A program made the translations under genes and the position numbers. The notes below the pieces were generated by a model. It ran no database searches and was not told the origin of the DNA. It worked only from the letters and a program-made list of their open reading frames with translations. A stretch of 64,000 nt of DNA, taken from contig CAVQFQ010000021.1 in the NCBI GenBank assembly GCA_963711835.1, positions 256,001-320,000 of the forward strand, given 5' to 3'. Positions 8,768 through 18,759 of the stretch are shown here, in pieces. Each line of letters begins with the position of its first letter. The first letter of the stretch is position 1. Origin of the DNA: an uncultured delta proteobacterium. GTDB lineage: Bacteria; Desulfobacterota; RBG-13-43-22.

Positions 8768-10795
8768 ATGGTCATAGAAAAAAAGGGGAAGAGCGCATCC
8801 GGTGGCCGGGGATTCTGGGGAAGGATTTTGAACATTCATCTCGATAGCCGGAGGCTGGAATATGAAGAAATTGGGGCTGATGTTTATGGGAAATTTATCG
8901 GGGGTATCGGGCTGGGGGCCAAGGTCCTCTGGGAACGGATGAAGCCCGGTGTTGATCCCCTGGGGCCGGAAAATATGCTCGGATTTACCACCGGCCTTTT
9001 GACCGACACGGGGTCCCTCTTTACCGGACGGTTTATGGTGGTGGGGAAATCACCGGCCACCAATGGCTGGGGGGATGCCAACTGTGGAGGTTATTTTTCT
9101 CCCTTCCTGAAGCGCTGCGGGATCGACGCCGTTTTTTTTCAGGGACAGAGCGAAAGTCCTGTATACCTGCTGGTCAACGATGAAGGTGCCGAAATCAAAG
9201 ACGGCTCCGACCTCTGGGGACTGGATACCATGGAAACCGAGAAGCGTCTCAAAGACCGTCATGGGGCCAGGGCCCAGGTGGCCTGCATCGGACCGGCCGG
9301 GGAAGGCCTGAGTTTTATGGCCGGTGTAGTCAACGACCAGGGCCGGATTGCCGCCCGGGGCGGACTGGGCGCGGTCATGGGATCTAAAAAAGTGAAGGCC
9401 ATTGTGGCGGTCGGGACCCAGCGGATAGGGGTCATAGATTCCAAAAGGGTCCAGGAATTAAGCCGGCAGTTTTTAAAACACCTGGAGAAGGGGCAAAGAT
9501 TAAAACCCCTTTTGGGGGACAGGCTTTTGGGAATCCTGGGTCTGATCACCCGGAAGAGCCGCCTTTATCCCAGGCAGCCGGCGGATCTCTGGCGCCTGCT
9601 TTTAAGCAAGTACGGCACCGCCGGAATCACGGCCCTCAGCGCCGAAAGCGGGGACAGCCCGGTCAGGAACTGGGGCGGGGTAGGCTATAGGGATTTTCCT
9701 TTAAGCCGATCCAAAAAAATCGGTCCGGAAGCGGTCTTGCAGTATGAGGTCAAAAAGTATGGCTGCTATTCCTGCCCCCTGCACTGCGGTGGTATCGTAA
9801 AAGTAACGGACGGCCCCTATCCGATTGAAGAAATGCACAAACCGGAATACGAAAGCCTTTGCGCCCTGGGAACCCTGCTGCTGAATGAGGATCTGCCTTC
9901 CATCTTTAAGATCAACGACCTGGTCAACCGGGCCGGTATGGACACCATCTCCTGCGGTGGGGTGCTGGCCTTTGCCGTGGAGTGTTTTGAAAACGGTCTC
10001 TTGACCAAATCCGATGCGGATGGCTTGGAACTGCGTTGGGGAAATGCCCCGGCCCTGGTAGCCCTGACGGAAAAAATGATCAAACGGGAAGGGCTGGGAG
10101 ATCTCCTGGCCGATGGTGTTAAAAAGGCCGCGGAACGGATCGGAAAGGGCTCGGAACAGTTTGCGGTTCACTGCGGCGGTATGGAGGCGCCCATGCATGA
10201 TCCCAAATTTGATCCCGGGTATGGGATTTCCTATTCCTGTGAGCCCACCCCCGGACGGCACACCATTTCTTCCTATCAATTCTTGGATCTCCAATTTCTG
10301 GAGAAAAAATTCAAAAGGGCCGGGAAGGTTCCCGCCTTGACCACCTATCACCAAAAATATAATTATGAAAACAGAGGGGAGGCCGTGGCCATTGACAGCT
10401 TTTACAAAATGCTCATCGATTGCGCCGGGGCTTGCCTCTTTGGAACCCAAATCAGGGGGGACATCCCGCTTTGCGAATGGATGAACGCCGTTACCGGTTG
10501 GGATCTATCGAATGATGACTATCTGCAGATCGGGGAACGGGTTGAGCAGTTGCGGCATGCCTTCAATATTCGGGAAGGCCTCAACCCGCAAAAGGACTTC
10601 CGGCCCCATCCCCGCCTCACCGGGGACCCGCCCCTGCCCAAAGGCCCGGCCAAGGGTGTTACGCTGGATATGGAAAAGCTGACTCGATCCTTTTACCAGG
10701 CCATGCACTGGGATCTTGAAACCGCAAGGCCGGCCAGGGATCATTTGGAAAAACTCGATCTGGATGAGGTTGTCAGCGTATTATATTCCGATTAA
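8768..10795 (+). CDS. aor: Aldehyde:ferredoxin oxidoreductase family (W/Mo-pterin)
   Basis: KSPAT.GWGDAN.GG, RGGLGAVMGSK, CxxCPxxC, EYES, GMDTIS, LADG. Confidence 0.92.
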   Translation: MVIEKKGKSASGGRGFWGRILNIHLDSRRLEYEEIGADVYGKFIGGIGLGAKVLWERMKPGVDPLGPENMLGFTTGLLTDTGSLFTGRFMVVGKSPATNGWGDANCGGYFSPFLKRCGIDAVFFQGQSESPVYLLVNDEGAEIKDGSDLWGLDTMETEKRLKDRHGARAQVACIGPAGEGLSFMAGVVNDQGRIAARGGLGAVMGSKKVKAIVAVGTQRIGVIDSKRVQELSRQFLKHLEKGQRLKPLLGDRLLGILGLITRKSRLYPRQPADLWRLLLSKYGTAGITALSAESGDSPVRNWGGVGYRDFPLSRSKKIGPEAVLQYEVKKYGCYSCPLHCGGIVKVTDGPYPIEEMHKPEYESLCALGTLLLNEDLPSIFKINDLVNRAGMDTISCGGVLAFAVECFENGLLTKSDADGLELRWGNAPALVALTEKMIKREGLGDLLADGVKKAAERIGKGSEQFAVHCGGMEAPMHDPKFDPGYGISYSCEPTPGRHTISSYQFLDLQFLEKKFKRAGKVPALTTYHQKYNYENRGEAVAIDSFYKMLIDCAGACLFGTQIRGDIPLCEWMNAVTGWDLSNDDYLQIGERVEQLRHAFNIREGLNPQKDFRPHPRLTGDPPLPKGPAKGVTLDMEKLTRSFYQAMHWDLETARPARDHLEKLDLDEVVSVLYSD

Positions 10796-10807
10796 AGAGG
10801 TGAATAA

Positions 10808-12022
10808 ATGAAAGAGAACGAAGTGGTCATCGTATCGGCGGTCCGCACCCCTTTTGGAAAATTTGGGGGAGCCCTGCGGGATTTCCGGTCCATTGATTTG
10901 GGGGCCTTGGTCATCAAAGAGTGCCTTAAACGGGCAGCGGTAGAGCCGGCGGAGGTTGAAGAAGTGAACTATGGTCTTTCCGTCATCTTAGAGGCCGGAT
11001 TGGAGACGGACGTTCCGGCTCGGCAGGCCACCCTCTTGGCGGGATTTCCTCCGGAAAGTATTTCCCTTACCGTGAACCGGGCCTGCTGCTCTTCCCTCTC
11101 GGCCCTGCGGCTCGGTTATCGAGCCATCCGCTCCGGGGAGATCGAGGTGGCCTTGGCCGTGGGTTCGGACAATATGGGCCGGGCCCCCCTCATTGCTCCC
11201 AACCTGCGCTGGGGAAGCCGACTGGGCAATGTCGTGCTGAAGGATCCCCTCTTTGAGCTGGGCTATCCGGATTTCCCTCCCCTGGCCGTAGATGCCGGAG
11301 AGGTAGCCGTGGAGTACGGCATCAGCCGCCAAGAACAGGACGAATGGGCCTTGAGGAGCCATCAGCGCTATTTTCAAGCCTTGGAGCAGGGCAAGTTCAA
11401 AGTGGGGGAAGAGCTCATGGCCGTAGAGATTCCTCAGAAAAAGGGACCTGCCCTGCAATTTACTCAGGATGAATCTCCCCGGGCGGAAACGACCCTGGAG
11501 CATCTGGCCAAGCTGCCGACCATTTACGGAAGCCCGACCGTGACCCCGGGAAATGCCCCGGGTCTCAGCACCGGGGCTACGGCCATACTCATTATGAGCG
11601 CGCGGAAAGCCCGGGAAAAAGGGCTCAAACCTTTGGCCACCCTGGTTTCCTCTGTGGCCACGGCCATGAACGCCCGCTATATTGCTGTCATCCCGGCCCC
11701 TACCCTATTAAAGGCCATTGAAAAGGCGGACCGGAAAATCGAGAATATGGACCTCATCGAAATTAACGAAGCCTTTGCCGCCATGCCGCTGGTGAGCACC
11801 AAGATCCTGGCGGCCGAGGATGGCCGCCTCCTGGAAAATTTGCGGGAGAAGACCAATGTGAATGGGGGTGCCATTGCCATCGGTCATCCGGTGGGGGCCA
11901 GTGCCCTGCGCATTACCATGACCATGATGTATGAGCTGCATCGACGCGGAGGCGGATACGGAGCAGCGGCGATCTGCGGCGGTCTGGCTCAGGGAGAAGG
12001 CATTGTCATCAAGGTCGGTTGA
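10808..12022 (+). CDS. Thiolase family protein
   Basis: VRTPFG.FGG, NRAC, EINEAFA, NGGAIAIGHPVGAS, ICGG. Confidence 0.92.
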   Translation: MKENEVVIVSAVRTPFGKFGGALRDFRSIDLGALVIKECLKRAAVEPAEVEEVNYGLSVILEAGLETDVPARQATLLAGFPPESISLTVNRACCSSLSALRLGYRAIRSGEIEVALAVGSDNMGRAPLIAPNLRWGSRLGNVVLKDPLFELGYPDFPPLAVDAGEVAVEYGISRQEQDEWALRSHQRYFQALEQGKFKVGEELMAVEIPQKKGPALQFTQDESPRAETTLEHLAKLPTIYGSPTVTPGNAPGLSTGATAILIMSARKAREKGLKPLATLVSSVATAMNARYIAVIPAPTLLKAIEKADRKIENMDLIEINEAFAAMPLVSTKILAAEDGRLLENLREKTNVNGGAIAIGHPVGASALRITMTMMYELHRRGGGYGAAAICGGLAQGEGIVIKVG

Positions 12023-12435
12023 CAAAAAGATCAGTTCAAAGATCCCTTCCGTATTATTTGCTTAGGCGCTGAGTAAATCGGGGATTCCGATTGCTTAACG
12101 TAGCTATTCGTCCTTTCGACCATTGCTTGAATCAACATTCAGAGGCACACATGTTGGCTTCCACCACTTACGTATACGCTGTCAAGGAGGACATTAAATA
12201 ATTTTATTGCCTATGGACTCTGCTCACCATTGAGTCGGTTTTGAAAAGGCTGAACCTCAGAAAAAATTAAATAGCACCATTGTTTATGATAATCCTGACC
12301 AAGCCTTGCATAGCTATCAGACTACCCCCATTGAAAAGGTTTTTATCCCTCAAAGGAGTTGTGATTTGGTTCTAAAAATCGTTCCACCGTTTCCAAAAAC
12401 ATATGTATTTACCAAGATGATTAATCGAAGAAAAT

Positions 12436-13968
12436 TTAAGTGTACCTTGAAATATTAGGACTGGAGCTATACATTGCCTTCACCTTTTCTCGGTCGATGG
12501 CCCCATCTTCCCTTTTCGGAAGCAAATCGACAAAAGAGACATAGCCTGGTTTTTTATAGCGGGCGATCCTTGCTGCTACAAAATCGATCAATTCCTGTTC
12601 TGATAATCTCGAATTCTGTTTTAAGACACAAACGGCCTTGATCCCCTCACCAAACTTTGGATCAGGTACTCCAATTACCGAAACTTCCAGTACGCCAGGA
12701 TGTTGAAGAATCACTTTTTCGACTTCCACTGGATAAACATTCTCTCCACCAGGTTTGATCAACTCCTTTTCAGCTTTTCTTCCTACAAAAAAGAGATAGC
12801 CGTCCCCATCGAGACGACCTGTATCTCCTGTATGATGCCAGCCTTCCCTAAAAGTATATTGTGTGAGCTCGTTTTGTCTCCAGTATCCTTGGAATACAAG
12901 GGGTCCCCGAATCACGATATCTCCTGTTTTCCCTACCTCAACCTCACGGTCAAATTCGTCCACAATCTTTAAATCAACCAGGGGACCCTGTTTTCCAGCC
13001 GAACGTGGTCTTTCCTTGTTTGAACAAATGCAAGTGAGTCCCATGGTCTCTGTCTGACCGTAGGCCAGCCAGAATTGACCATGACCAAGGCTCTCAAACC
13101 TCTTCACCGTTTCAGGCAATTCCACACCGATGACATGCTTCAGAGATGAAAGCGAACATCCTCCTTTCTCTTTTTCATCAACCAATTGGGCCAGAATAGG
13201 AGGAAAGTCGCCGATGAGGGTCACTTTCTCCTGATCGATCAATTTACCTGAAGCCTTCGGATCAAATTTTGAAACGACCACATTCTTTCCTCCTACATGC
13301 ACCATTGTCAGACCAGCCACCAAACCTACAATGTGAAATAGGGGGAGAATGTTCAGATAAGCATCATCGCGTGCCAGACCAACAACCTGAGCGACTTGGA
13401 TCAAACAGGAAATGAGGTTTCGGTGACTAATGAGGGATCCTCGAGGTTCACCTTGTGTGGCAGCAGTGTGAATGATGACAACCGGATCTTCATCCCTTAA
13501 TTCGACCGCATCACCTGGTTTATTTTTCAGGAGAGAATCGAAAGGAAAATAATTTCCTTTTGAGGATCCCAAAATGATGGCTTCCCTTAATGACGGACAG
13601 GCAGATGAAATTTCGGAAATCATCTGCTCGAATTCTGGGTCAAAAAAGAGCATCACTGGCTCTATATCTAAAAAGATATATTTCATCTCATCGGTTGATA
13701 GACGGAAATTGATAGGGACCATAATTGCGCCCAAAGCGGCGATGCTCCCCATTAAGGTAAAGAATTGAGGACAGTTCCGGCTCAAGACAACGATTCGATC
13801 TCCCTTAGCGATCCCTCTGGAACCGAACCAACCTGTCAATGCATTTATCTGGTCAAACAGTTCACCAAAAGTGATCCCCTGGCCATCAAACAGCAGGGCT
13901 ATCTCCCCTTTATATAATCGAGCACTTCTCTTAAAAAGGTCATAAATGGTGAAATTGCGAAGATTCAT
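12436..13968 (-). CDS. AMP-binding acyl-CoA ligase
   Basis: LPLFH, YGQTE, WHHTGD, IKPGGENVYP; atypical P-loop HTAATQGEPRG. Confidence 0.9.
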   Translation of the reverse strand: MNLRNFTIYDLFKRSARLYKGEIALLFDGQGITFGELFDQINALTGWFGSRGIAKGDRIVVLSRNCPQFFTLMGSIAALGAIMVPINFRLSTDEMKYIFLDIEPVMLFFDPEFEQMISEISSACPSLREAIILGSSKGNYFPFDSLLKNKPGDAVELRDEDPVVIIHTAATQGEPRGSLISHRNLISCLIQVAQVVGLARDDAYLNILPLFHIVGLVAGLTMVHVGGKNVVVSKFDPKASGKLIDQEKVTLIGDFPPILAQLVDEKEKGGCSLSSLKHVIGVELPETVKRFESLGHGQFWLAYGQTETMGLTCICSNKERPRSAGKQGPLVDLKIVDEFDREVEVGKTGDIVIRGPLVFQGYWRQNELTQYTFREGWHHTGDTGRLDGDGYLFFVGRKAEKELIKPGGENVYPVEVEKVILQHPGVLEVSVIGVPDPKFGEGIKAVCVLKQNSRLSEQELIDFVAARIARYKKPGYVSFVDLLPKREDGAIDREKVKAMYSSSPNISRYT

Positions 13969-14010
13969 TCTATCCTCCCTGATTCACAAGATTTCAAAAG
14001 CCAGCCACTT

Positions 14011-14430
14011 TCACTCAGTTTTTGATTTGCGCACAAAATTCCAGGCGGTGGCTACCATGCCCAACGCACCTGTCACTATCCCGATAAGCAATAGAATTGG
14101 TTTCATCAACACTACGCATGGCATATCAGGATTCATACAGACTCCGATAAGGGCTGTGGGGAAAAGGATAATAAAAACTCCCATAATAAGCGCCAAAATG
14201 GAAAGGAACCTTCTTGATTCTAATTTGTGGCTGATAAAGAGAAAGAAACCAACTGCTAATAGCAATACCCCTATCCCGATCTCCGCCCGCGCCGTCCATA
14301 AGCACTTCATAGGAATGCCCCCACCAGCGGGGAGTTGAATAGCCCTCCCGTGAGCCTGGCAGGTGTAAAAAGAAGGAACAAAAATCGTAATTAGTCCCGC
14401 AAGCATCAATACGATTGCAATTATCTTCAT
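14011..14430 (-). CDS. DUF4418-like membrane protein
   Basis: Four hydrophobic segments; PMKC.WTARAE and IGVC...MPC motifs. Confidence 0.8.
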   Translation of the reverse strand: MKIIAIVLMLAGLITIFVPSFYTCQAHGRAIQLPAGGGIPMKCLWTARAEIGIGVLLLAVGFFLFISHKLESRRFLSILALIMGVFIILFPTALIGVCMNPDMPCVVLMKPILLLIGIVTGALGMVATAWNFVRKSKTE

Positions 14431-14486
14431 CGTTAATCCCTCCTATGAATCCACTTAATTGTTTAGAAAATATCCTCTAAAAAATC

Positions 14487-14576
14487 TTGCCTCCCTTGGC
14501 GGAAGGGCACGAAGGGGAGGGAGAGCCAAATATAATCACCCCCACCCACACCTTCCTCCACCAAGGGGGGAGAGTG
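14487..14576. repeat. Degenerate REP-like palindromic repeat
   Basis: CTCCCTTGGCGGAAGGG...GGGGAGGG / TCACCCCCACCC...CCTTCCTCCACCAAGGGGGAG. Confidence 0.5.
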
Positions 14577-14612
14577 ATAGTCTTTATTTTCGTATTTCGT
14601 GCCTCCCTTCTG

Positions 14613-15647
14613 TTAACGCATCTCCGGAGGAAGAAGCCTATCGGGAACTTTCAGCCCCAGCTCACGATAAAACCTGACAGCCCCTCTGTGTAATGGGAAG
14701 GGGCCGTGCTCCAAAGTGAGCCTCGGAAAAGCGATAATGTCTTGCTTCATGGGTCTGTAACTGGCAGAAACGTCCCACACATCCTGCCACACCGCCTTGA
14801 TAAGACTATAAGCAGCTTCCGAGGCTAGATCCTGTCTTGCGTAATAACCCATCATTAAGCCAAAAGTGACGACACTCTTCTCCTGCCCTGGATAAGCTCT
14901 ATCCTTGATTACGGTCTGTGGATACGTTAGACCACTCCCTTTGTAGCGCTGACCGGCTTTAGCCAGTTCTGATTCCGTAATCTCCAAGACAGTAAACGGG
15001 CGACGCTCATTGCATTCTGACAGTAGAAGTTCATCGGGGCTGTATTGTATAAAACCAGCAAGTCTGCCATGCTTATAAAGGTCAACTTGAGCTTTTAAGG
15101 AGTCGCGACTCCATTGAGGTTTGATATTGAGCGCCTCAAGGAGCTTGGTGGCTTTGAAGTCTGCCATATCCTCTCTGCCGCCATTACCATAAGCTTTGCC
15201 TTTGAGTGCGGATATAGACTTAATGCCGGTATCCGTAGCTACCAAGAATGAAACCGGAAGGATACCCATCACCCAAAGCAATCTGAGCTGAGGATGGGGC
15301 TTTCCGTTCCAAGGAAAAAAGCCATAATACGCTTGGGCTGCTTCGTCAAGGCTTATCCCGCAAAAATCATAACGCTCGATGTCCTTTATGACTTCAGCTG
15401 TTCCACCTGTGTTCTCAACAAAAACAACGTCAAATTCCGGCCGATACATTTTCACAGCTCGCATGACAGATCTTGAGAGTGCATTCATTCCGTCATTGGC
15501 GGCGAGACCGGCGCCAAAGTTGATCTTAGTCTGCTTTTCTATTTTTGATTCTTGCTTGCAGCCGACAGCTGAAATAATAACAGTTGATAAAAGCAAATAA
15601 ACTACTCCAGCCAAACAGACAAACCTTGCCATTCCGCTTTGTCTCAT
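14613..15647 (-). CDS. TAXI-family solute-binding lipoprotein
   Basis: ENTGGT, LRLLW, IKSI..LKGK, AYPGQ, PLHRGA.RFYRE.G; lipobox AVGC. Confidence 0.8.
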   Translation of the reverse strand: MRQSGMARFVCLAGVVYLLLSTVIISAVGCKQESKIEKQTKINFGAGLAANDGMNALSRSVMRAVKMYRPEFDVVFVENTGGTAEVIKDIERYDFCGISLDEAAQAYYGFFPWNGKPHPQLRLLWVMGILPVSFLVATDTGIKSISALKGKAYGNGGREDMADFKATKLLEALNIKPQWSRDSLKAQVDLYKHGRLAGFIQYSPDELLLSECNERRPFTVLEITESELAKAGQRYKGSGLTYPQTVIKDRAYPGQEKSVVTFGLMMGYYARQDLASEAAYSLIKAVWQDVWDVSASYRPMKQDIIAFPRLTLEHGPFPLHRGAVRFYRELGLKVPDRLLPPEMR

Positions 15648-16321
15648 GCCACCAATCTTCCGTTGGACATGGTGAGGTGTCTCGTCCCATAATCAATGAG
15701 GCCAGGGTGATGGGTCACTAATATGATAGTCGTCCCACCACGGTGAATTTCCTGGACAAAGGCCATTACTTCCTTTTCAGTGAGTTCGTCAAGATTGGCT
15801 GTGGGCTCATCAGCCAGAAGAACTGTGGGATTATTTATGATCGCTCGAGCAATAACCACCCTCTTTTCCTCCCCTGCAGAGAGGTGGCGCGGGAAGGCCT
15901 CCGCTCGCTGAGACAGTGTCACCGACGCCAACGCTTGCATGGCTCGCTTGTAAGCATCTTTCTGCTTTTCTTTGGGAGCAAACATTGTTGGCACCACAAC
16001 ATTGTCCAGAACATTCAGGGTCGGGATAAGACTCGGCACCTGAAATATGAAGCCCATTTTCTGGTTTCTTAGGGCGGAGATATCCCCATCTTTCATCGTC
16101 CAGATATCCGTGCCGTCAACAAACACCTGGCCCGAATCGGGTCTGGACAGACCCGCAATAATATTGAGCAGACTCGTCTTTCCACAACCCGACCGACCTG
16201 TAATCACCACGAACTCCCCGGGGTCAATCCTCAGATCGATCCCCTGAACGGCCGTCACTGTAACTTGATGACCCCGCTTGCCCCGGAAATACTTTTTGCT
16301 TACTTGCCTGAGCTCAATCAT
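15644..16321 (-). CDS. ABC ATPase, LolD/MacB type
   Basis: GRSGCGKT, LRNQKMGFIFQ, LADEPTANLD, VTH. Confidence 0.92.
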   Translation of the reverse strand: MIELRQVSKKYFRGKRGHQVTVTAVQGIDLRIDPGEFVVITGRSGCGKTSLLNIIAGLSRPDSGQVFVDGTDIWTMKDGDISALRNQKMGFIFQVPSLIPTLNVLDNVVVPTMFAPKEKQKDAYKRAMQALASVTLSQRAEAFPRHLSAGEEKRVVIARAIINNPTVLLADEPTANLDELTEKEVMAFVQEIHRGGTTIILVTHHPGLIDYGTRHLTMSNGRLVA

Positions 16322-16324
16322 TGC

Positions 16325-17512
16325 CTACACCTCCCTCATGGCCACTGCTGGATCGAGGCGGCTGGCTTTAATGGCAGGATAAAGAAGAGCGGGGAGGACC
16401 AGTAAAAGCGCCGCTACAAAACACCCGACCGTGAACAGCACCAGGCCGGGCAACGACGGGAATAAAATTTGAATTTCGAGAGCAGACATCAACCATGCCC
16501 TCATGCAGGAAAGAAAGAGCATGCTTAGGATGATCCCGGCGAGTCCGCCGCTACAGGCCAGAACAGCGCTTTCTGTCAGAAACAGTTGAAATATAAAATT
16601 GCGGCTTGCCCCAGTGGCGCGAAGCATGCCAATCTCCCGTCGGCGCTCGTTGACCAGCATAGAAAAGACAAAACCCGTGAGCACAACCGCCAGTGCCCAG
16701 ATGATGCCCAGGGCCACGAATAGGCTTTGGATGAGCCCGGCTCTCTGGGTTGACAAAATCGTCATCAATTGGGGAGCCCTAACCGGCCATATGCCAGGAG
16801 CCGTCAGCCACATCTTCACCGCTGTTTCGTTGATATCAATGCCCGGTTTCAGGTCAACCGTAATATTCGTGACGGCCTCTAGCGACACTTCACCGGAAAC
16901 TGCCCCTTTTGCTTTCATATCCCGAGCCGTGTCGAACGTGACAAAAATCGCCTGATCGTACCATATCCCTACAGGATCAAGTTTACCGACAAGTGTCAAT
17001 TTATAATCGTTCATTGAAACATGCCCAGAAGGCGAAATTTTATGGATGAAGGCTCCTCCGATCGCCTCTCCGATCTTCAGGGGCTCTTTCAATTTATCTT
17101 TCAGCCAGCAAAGGATCGTAAAATCGGTCTGAGGATCAAAAGCTATGACGACCTGCTTTTCAGCAGAAGAGTGAAGTGAACCGGGAATCGTAGCCAAGTG
17201 AAGCCGGGGGCTCGCCCGCTCCACTTCTTCCATTTCCAAGAGCCGACGAACATTGTCGGCGGGCATCGAGTCTGTCGAACCCAGCTTACCGGCTAACACC
17301 TCTTGCTGAGCTTGCTCCGTGATGTCATAAGGTATGACAATGATGTCTGCACCGAGTTTCTCCATGCCGCTTCGAAGGCTCTTTTCCACCCCCCTCAAGA
17401 TCACTGTGGTCGCTAACAGAAACCCGGTCAGAAAAAGAATAAAGAAGACAATGAGCAGGCTCGTGAATTGTCGCTCCTTCAGTCCTTGCAGCACCAGATA
17501 AAAAAGACTCAA
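16325..17512 (-). CDS. FtsX/MacB-like ABC permease
   Basis: LGADIIV, ERRREIGMLRA.GA, PAIKASRLDP. Confidence 0.9.
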   Translation of the reverse strand: MSLFYLVLQGLKERQFTSLLIVFFILFLTGFLLATTVILRGVEKSLRSGMEKLGADIIVIPYDITEQAQQEVLAGKLGSTDSMPADNVRRLLEMEEVERASPRLHLATIPGSLHSSAEKQVVIAFDPQTDFTILCWLKDKLKEPLKIGEAIGGAFIHKISPSGHVSMNDYKLTLVGKLDPVGIWYDQAIFVTFDTARDMKAKGAVSGEVSLEAVTNITVDLKPGIDINETAVKMWLTAPGIWPVRAPQLMTILSTQRAGLIQSLFVALGIIWALAVVLTGFVFSMLVNERRREIGMLRATGASRNFIFQLFLTESAVLACSGGLAGIILSMLFLSCMRAWLMSALEIQILFPSLPGLVLFTVGCFVAALLLVLPALLYPAIKASRLDPAVAMREV

Positions 17513-17516
17513 CGGA

Positions 17517-18713
17517 TTACACCTCTCTCATGGCTACCGCCGGGTCGATCCGGCTTGCTCGTATCGCCGGATAAAGTAGAGCGGGCAAGGCCAGGACCAA
17601 GGCGATAACTAAACAAGCCAACATAAATCCTAAAATGGATAGGATAGGAGGTATCAAGAGCGGTACTTCGGCAGAGAGCCTCAAATACAACCGGAAAAGA
17701 TAGACAAAAAGAAGGGCAAAAGAGACCCCGATTAAACCTCCTCCCAATCCGAGGATGCTGCTCTCAGCGAGGAAGACTTTAAATATGAAATTGCGATCAG
17801 CTCCAAGGGCACGAAGCAGGCCAATCTCCCGTCGGCGTTCATTAACCATCAGCGAAAAAACAAAGCCACTGAGAACCACAGCGAGTACCCACACCACTGC
17901 CAGCCCCAAGAACAGCATCCGAAACAACCCTTGGGTCTGTTTGTGAATAGACCTTGATAACTCCAGGCTGGCAAAGGGATACGTTCCGGGGACCCTTTCC
18001 TTGATCCGCTGAGCTACCTCGTCGATGCTATAGTCCTCTTTGACTTTTACCTGCACCGCTGAAATCTTTCCTTCCGGAATGTTCATCGGCCTGGCAGCGG
18101 TAGTTACCGATTGTCTGGCAATCTCATGGGCCGTGTCAAGAGTGAGGAACATCGTCTTGTCAAGGCCCATGCCGGTAGGCTCGAGTTTGGTAGCCAGATT
18201 GACCTTAACGCCATATATCATGACTTTCCCCGTCTCCTCGGGAACAATGACCCAGTCTCCTCCGACCACATCCAACAGGCCAAGTTCTCTCACTTCCTTT
18301 CTCAGCCACGGCATGACAGTAAAGTCGGTCTTCGGGTCGAAAGCAATCATAAACATATCCCAGGCGCTACAGCAGGCGGCTCCCGTCAGGGTCTCAAGGT
18401 AAAGCTGGGGACTGACTTTGGCCACCCCTTCCACCTGAGCTATCCGGTCAACATTCTCCGCTGGCATCCATGCCCCTGACAGCGGCTTACCCAAAAGAAG
18501 AGCCGTCTGAGCTTCAATCTCATTGCCGGCTGGCACAACAACGATGTCAGCCCCAAGCCTTTTCGTGCCCACCTCAAGGCTATGCTTGATGCTTCTTGCC
18601 AGGAGTGTAGTAGCCATTAAAAAAGCGGCCAGAATCATAATGAAGCACACAATTAAACTGCTCCTATAGGCTCTGCCGCTAATGCTTTGGCCAACCAAGT
18701 ACCACAGGTTCAT
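17517..18713 (-). CDS. FtsX/MacB-like ABC permease (paralog with periplasmic CC motif)
   Basis: LGADIVV, GAACCS, ERRREIGLLRALGA. Confidence 0.9.
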   Translation of the reverse strand: MNLWYLVGQSISGRAYRSSLIVCFIMILAAFLMATTLLARSIKHSLEVGTKRLGADIVVVPAGNEIEAQTALLLGKPLSGAWMPAENVDRIAQVEGVAKVSPQLYLETLTGAACCSAWDMFMIAFDPKTDFTVMPWLRKEVRELGLLDVVGGDWVIVPEETGKVMIYGVKVNLATKLEPTGMGLDKTMFLTLDTAHEIARQSVTTAARPMNIPEGKISAVQVKVKEDYSIDEVAQRIKERVPGTYPFASLELSRSIHKQTQGLFRMLFLGLAVVWVLAVVLSGFVFSLMVNERRREIGLLRALGADRNFIFKVFLAESSILGLGGGLIGVSFALLFVYLFRLYLRLSAEVPLLIPPILSILGFMLACLVIALVLALPALLYPAIRASRIDPAVAMREV

Positions 18714-18759
18714 TTTATCAATGTCTCATGTTATAATCCAGTTGGATCCCCAAAACTAC

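Noticed and set aside
8340-8835. Short ORFs within the repeat elements (also 5094-5288, 58434-58736)
   Set aside because: Reading frames are not preserved between copies; they lie in palindromic non-coding DNA.
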